Assembly: GCF_000143415.4 (NCBI RefSeq)
Contig: NW_003314359.1
Location: 95,477 to 159,476, forward strand
Source of the DNA: Selaginella moellendorffii
Lineage: Eukaryota; Plantae; Lycopodiophyta
Length of the DNA: 64,000 nucleotides
Direction: 5' to 3'
Within the stretch, counting starts at the first letter, position 1. Each line of letters begins with the position of its first letter. Shown here piece by piece: positions 58,537 through 64,000 of this stretch. A program made the translations under genes and the position numbers. The notes under the pieces were generated by a model, which saw only the letters and a program-made list of their open reading frames with translations, was not told the origin of the DNA and did not search any database.

Positions 58537-60142
58537 ATGGCGGCCTCGATTCTAGGTTGCGGTTCTAGCAATGGCGTCGCGGTCACCGGTAATCCTGCTC
58601 CAGCCGCGGCGGCCGAGGTGCCCGCGCCTCTCAGGCCGCTGGAGGAGCTCACGGAGCTGGATATCAGGCAGCTCACGCGGGAGGACTGTAGACGCTATCT
58701 CAAGGAACGGGGTAAGCTCGTGTGTCGCTTCTCTTCTTTGTGGGGAATTATTTTGATGGTTTTTCTTTGCTACTTGCTAGGAATGCGCAGGCCGTCTTGG
58801 AACAAGGCACAGGCGATCCAGCAAGTGCTGTCTTTGAGGAGTTTGCTTTGTCCTTCCAATCCGGTAGGCCCTTCCTCCAAGAACCCGGGAAGTGCCGCGA
58901 ACGTAAGCATATCGCGAATCCTTGGAAGTTTTTCTTTTTGAGTCCGAGAGATCCTTTTATTCTTCTTCTTTCCTTGCAGGCCCCTCCGGCTGAAGCAGCT
59001 GCTGCTGGTCACACCAAACAATTACTGGACAAGGTCTCTCAGCAAAGCATGCCAGATTCTTGTCCATCTAACAACGCCTCTGATCCTAGGCCGCTCGCCG
59101 GATGCTTTGGATCTCTTGCCCCGACGTTATCAGTTCTCAATCCCGATGCGAAACGTAACCCGCTGAGGTAGGCAAGTTTGCTTTGACAAGTAGTCTTACA
59201 CTACTCTTGGCTCTTTAGTTCTAAACCCGCGTCAACGACAAAGCCTCACAGTGCCCAGCTGACCATTTTCTACTCCGGTATTGTGAACGTGTACGACGAT
59301 GTCCCGCTTGACAAGGTCAGCGAAAGCGTGTTTGTTGCCATCGATTTTTTCAAAGCATGACATCAGTTTTAACAGGCACAAGCTATAATGCTTCTTGCCG
59401 CGAGTAAAACGTTTCACGTTCCGACAAGTTCAGTGCCTGGCCATCCGCCGTTTACTAGAGCAACCCAACAACAACAACAACAACGAGAGCTTAACCAACA
59501 AACCGAAGCCACGCTAAAGTACCCGATGCAGCACCAGCAAGCTCCTCAAATATATCTAAGCTCGGCTTCAGCTCTACCCGACGAAAGCTGCACGGAACCT
59601 GGTACTTGGTGTGCTTTTCTATGCAAGGATTTTTGTCTCCTGACCCTGAGCAGGGCTTCCACAGGTCAGAAGTGCATCGCTACAGAGATTCCTGGCTAAA
59701 CGACGAGACAGGTAAATCACAAAGAACCAAGCTCCTGTTGTCGTGATGCGGTAATAAAGCAATGTTCAGGTTGTCAGGGAATCCTTCCTCGTCTAGGCGG
59801 AACGACAGATCGAAAAAGCGGAGGTTCTCCCCGCCACCGCCACCGTTAACTTCGGCTTTGTTCCAGTTTCCTTCAAGTGCTAGAACATCGCAAGTTTTAA
59901 GATACTCCACTACTTCTACAACTACGATCACTACTGCCACTGCTACTGCCGCTACTACCACGGGTGCCACGAATGGTGGACAATGTTCCAATTCCAATCA
60001 AGCAAGCGAGAATGCAAGCAGCGATACCTCCGGTGGAAGCTCTGGAACGCCGGACACAAGCGACACAACAAGGGACAACGACAATGGACGAGTTTCCAAG
60101 GAAAATGGACGAGTGTCCACCACTTGTCTCGCAGCAACGTGA
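58537..60142 (+). CDS. PPD: PEAPOD-type TIFY transcriptional regulator
   Basis: PPD domain (LTELDIRQLTREDCRRYLKERG|MRRPSWNKAQAIQQVLSL), TIFY motif (QLTIFYSGIVNVYDDVP..KAQAIMLLA) and Jas-like motif (LPQVRSASLQRFLAKRRDR), in multiple short exons. Confidence 0.9.
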
Positions 60143-60411
60143 GAGCTCTTGTGAGAGCTCTTGTGGGGCAATCTCCCATCTTGCTTGGCCGAGAGTTTTT
60201 TTTTTTGTATATATAAGGTTTGGATTGGACTATTTTGTCTTTCTTCTTGGCTTCTTTGCATGAAAGAAGTGACTCAAACATAAAAGACGAAGAAAAGAAA
60301 GGGAGTTTTAAAGATGAATATCAGCTTACAAGTTCTACACGAGACAAAACTAGAAAAACGAACTACAACCAGTACCTGTGTAGCAATAGCAAGGCGCCCA
60401 GCAATGGCTGG

Positions 60412-61964
60412 CTACTCGCAAGCCAGCTTCGTATCAAAGCTGCTTAAACAGATAGCAAACGCCTGGAATGCCGAGAGGGGGTACCTGTAATCCATCGTAA
60501 ACATGTCCTTACCAATCTTCCCAAACTGGAGCAGGACTTTGTCCTGCTCGCCCTGGCAAACAGGAGCCGGAGGTTGATCCGCCGCTGCCACCAGCTGGAA
60601 GTTCTTCACGGAAGCAACAGTGACCCGGCCCCGGAAGTTGAGACACCAGCACTGGAGTTGATCGTGCCACCTGGGAGACTTGTTCTTGAGCACCAGAGGA
60701 TCGCCCTTCACGTACCGATCGCCGCCGCTGCTGCTCAAGCCGGGCTCGCCGACGGCGTCGTCGGCCACCGGGGCTGCGGCGCTGGGCTTTGCGGACATGA
60801 AGGTGAAGGAGGAGGAGTCGTCGGCGTGGTGGCCGGACAGCTCCGTGGACGCCGGTACTGCCATGCCTTCCGAGTCGGAGTCCATGGACACGGCACCGAC
60901 TGCGTGGAGAGTACACTGCATGCGCCTCGGACCCCTCGTACCCAGCACGTTGAGCTCGTAGGATATGTGCGCAACGTTGTAACTTCCCGCGGGGACCTTC
61001 GGGGACACCTGTTTTGCAGCAACTCGGCGGCCTGCACGATTTGTTGACGCGATCGCACCGCTGTGGGGCGGTTGTGTGTCGTAGATCGCGAACTTTGTGC
61101 CCAGGAAGTTTGACCTGTGATTAAAAACAACGTAAACACGCGGCGGAGGAAAACTTCAGTGCTACCTCAGCTTTCCAACGCAGCTGCTGCTGCCCCGAGA
61201 CATGTCCTCGGGGTCGATCGAGATGATGTAGTCAGTGCTGGTCGCCCGCCTCGACTTCCTTGCGGCCAGCAAGAATTTCCCGTTTTCCGTCAGTGCTGAG
61301 ACCACCAAACGCAAAAGACAATCTCAACCAACTTCGCGAGAGCTGTCCAGGAAAGAGAAGACATACTTGGTGTCAAGCCCAGGAACAGCCTGTATGTAGC
61401 AGTCGTCCTGTCCCGTTCGATGTAGCATTGAACTGTTGCATCCCTTGGCCCAGGCTACACAAACACAGAGACAAGCCACAAGTTCCAATCCAGCAAAGTT
61501 AGAATCGAGCAAACACTGGAAACAAAAAGGAAGAGAAGAAGAGACAATGCACAGAGTAAGGAATGAATTACCTGTTTGAGGGAGACTGGAAAGGTGAGCT
61601 TTCCAGAGAGCTCCGGGGACTTGACAAGCTCTTTGGTGATCTCCCTCCAGGTGCTACACACGGCAGCGCATGCAACCACGTTCTTCCGCGACGGCCACAC
61701 GTTGTCGCTCGACTCGAGCCTCTGGATGATGTCTCGCAGCAATTCCGGCGGCATGTTGGCCCAGCAGCTCTGCCGAGACATCTCATTCCTGTGATCCGGC
61801 GGCGCCGCTGGATCGCCACCGACAGAGGCGAGCGACGAGGAGCGAGACCTGTGGTGTGGCTGCTGCTGGGGCTGCGACAGCCTCACCTCGAAGCTCCGCC
61901 TGGAAATGCTGCCAATCCCGCCCTTGAGCTCCTGGATGTCCCGGATGAAATTCTTAAACGACAT
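60412..61964 (-). CDS. TLP: Tubby-like F-box protein
   Basis: N-terminal F-box ([13 protein letters not shown]) and tubby domain ([67 protein letters not shown]). Confidence 0.95.
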
Positions 61965-62400
61965 TTCTCGCCCAGGCAGCTATAGATCCGTGAGATCTAC
62001 CCGCATTGCCAGCTTAGCGGCGCCACAGCGCGAGAATGTAGCTTGTCGCGCATGGATCTAGCGGCGCCGGCAAGAAATTACCTCCGTCCAGTCCGGCTGC
62101 GGGGCAGCGGGGCGGATTTCTCATCACAGCGCATGCGCCGGGCCACCGATCGAGCTGCTCGCCACTCCCCCGCTGCGCAAAAGCCCTAACCCTAATCCTC
62201 CAGCAATCCTCGCTTCACGCAGCAACCATAGCCATGGGCAAATGTTTTTCTTGACGCCCACTCCCGTTTGGTTTAAATCGCCCACGCCCTGTAAAAGAGG
62301 ACACAACAGAATGTACCACGCCGTACCAGAATATGCTTAAAAGAAACGCCGAAATATCCATTCCAAACGCGGGAGAGAATATTCCACCACCTGTTAACTC

Positions 62401-63151
62401 CTATTCATTCCTGGCCATCATCATGTTCACAAATTCTTCGTAGTTTACTTGGCCGTCACCGTCGATGTCAGCGAGCTCGATCATCCGATCCAAATCCTTG
62501 TCAGTCAGGTCTTGGCCCATCGTCTTGAGCACATTCGAGAGCTGCGAAAAAAGATTTGGAGGATCCAATTAGCACGGAAGTTTGAGAAAGAAAAATCTGT
62601 CACGGAACCTCTGATGCCGAGATGAATCCGTTCTTATCCTTGTCGAAGTTCGCGAACGCTTCTCTCAATCTCACAGACGAATCTTCATCCTGTGGGGACA
62701 CTCCCAAAAGACGAAATTTTCAGTTTCCTCGTGAGCATATGGCTAAAGTTACCTTCATCTTTTTGGCTATTAACTCCATGAAGTATGAGATATCGACAGG
62801 GCAGGGATCGTCGCTTCCGGCAGTGACGCCGTCGATCATCTCTTGGAGCTCCTCCTGCGTGGCGTTGTAGCCCAGCGACGCGAGAGCCTTGCCCAATTCC
62901 TTCTTGCTCGTCTTTCTTCCTGGGATTCACAAAGTTTAGAAAAACGAATAAAACGAGCACGCCTTACCCTTTCTCTGCAGCAAGTCGAGCACATCCTGGA
63001 ACTCGCAAATCCCTTCCTGCTGCTGTGATCCGTAGCCTGGAGAAAAATCCGAGCTTGGAGAGGCGGCTTGAGTTGAGCTCGTTCGCTTCTGCTGCGGCGG
63101 AGGTCCCACCGTCTTCGACTTCTGCACCGAGTGGCCACCAGACTTCCTCAT
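62401..63151 (-). CDS. Calmodulin-like protein (CML), 4 exons
   Basis: [44 protein letters not shown] and [18 protein letters not shown]. The C-lobe EF loops are canonical; the N-lobe loops are degenerate. Confidence 0.88.
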
Positions 63152-63533
63152 TCCTCCCGCAGATAAGCGAGCAAGGAGCCTCTCTTATAGATCCCCTAAG
63201 CTTGCTGGGAAAGCTCTAAGAATTTCGCAAGGAAATCCTGGAAACGCAACTAAAAGAATGCTTAGTCGACGGTCCACTAGCGTAGCAATGGACCCTCAAG
63301 TTACGCCAGTAATACGGAACCTTCGCTTGTCGCGAAAAGTTGGCTGGATTGTCTAAGAAGAAAGTTGTTCACCGATAGCAAAACGTGTAAATCCAGTCGC
63401 GATCACGAGCATGCTCTTCGCCACAGCCAACTAAAACGAAGCATTAGTCGTGCAGAAAAAGAAAACTAAGTAGAGAAGAAGTGTGAGCTTCGACAAGTAA
63501 ACCGGTTAGAAGTAGAAAAGAAGTACCTTGTTC

Positions 63534-64000
63534 CTATGCCTTTCCTTGTGAGCTTCGACCGAAGGGATTGCGTTTCGTAAGTTTCATCTTTTCCATGAGT
63601 TCCTGCGCCTCGTGAACCTTCCCAGCTCTGGTCAACCCCCAAGCAAGCGTGTCATACGTTATCGCGTCGGGGGGACATCCCTTGGCGATCATCTCGGCGT
63701 ACAACCTGTGAGCTCCATCGAGTTGCTTGTGGTGGCACAGAGCTCTCAGCAAGGTGTTGTAAGTCACCACCGTCGGGTGACACCGTCTCTGTGCCATGCC
63801 CCGGAAGAGCTTGAACGCGTCCTCGAGCTTGTCCGCGCGGCAGAGGCTGTTGAGAAGGATGTTGTAAGTCACGACCGTCGGAGCGATCCCCTGTGTGACC
63901 ATCTGCTCCAGGAGCTTGTGCGCCTCGTCCACTCTCCGCACCTTGCAGAAACCATCGATGAGGCAGCTGTACGTCGCAACATTCGGAGTGACGCCTTTCT
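63534..64000 (-). CDS. P-class pentatricopeptide repeat protein (3' part; runs off the window)
   Basis: 35-aa repeats PNVATYSCLIDGFCK, PTVVTYNILLNSLCR, PTVVTYNTLLRALCH and PDAITYDTLAWGL. Confidence 0.93.
   Translation of the reverse strand, partial: KGVTPNVATYSCLIDGFCKVRRVDEAHKLLEQMVTQGIAPTVVTYNILLNSLCRADKLEDAFKLFRGMAQRRCHPTVVTYNTLLRALCHHKQLDGAHRLYAEMIAKGCPPDAITYDTLAWGLTRAGKVHEAQELMEKMKLTKRNPFGRSSQGKA

Overview
Plant nuclear DNA with a compact gene layout and very short introns (many about 48-70 bp). The small introns, a PEAPOD gene and CpG-rich genes beside CpG-depleted TEs suggest a lycophyte such as Selaginella; this is an inference. From left to right: (1) a degenerate but apparently end-to-end Helitron (~7-4582, minus) with an internal inversion; (2) a decayed Ty3/Gypsy gag-pol (5.5-10.3 kb) whose flanks next to the PBS and PPT are inverted rather than direct repeats; (3) a repeatedly duplicated gene block (10.6-24.6 kb and 55-58 kb) with four GT90/CAP10-like glycosyltransferase copies (one pseudogene), glycyl-tRNA synthetase and its pseudogene, a MaoC-like dehydratase overlapping GlyRS head-to-head, UDP-rhamnose synthase and an inverted remnant, an EUL-type ricin-B lectin and a chimeric bulb-type lectin; (4) two Copia remnants; (5) a 26.8-kb nest (27147-53904) of four copies of one non-coding LTR family, three inserted into the fourth, each with a resolvable 5-bp TSD, with LTR minisatellites and a conserved structured internal segment carrying two tRNA T-arm/B-box motifs; (6) ordinary genes: PEAPOD, Tubby-like F-box, calmodulin-like and a PPR gene running off the right edge. 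All alignments and exon boundaries were done by eye.
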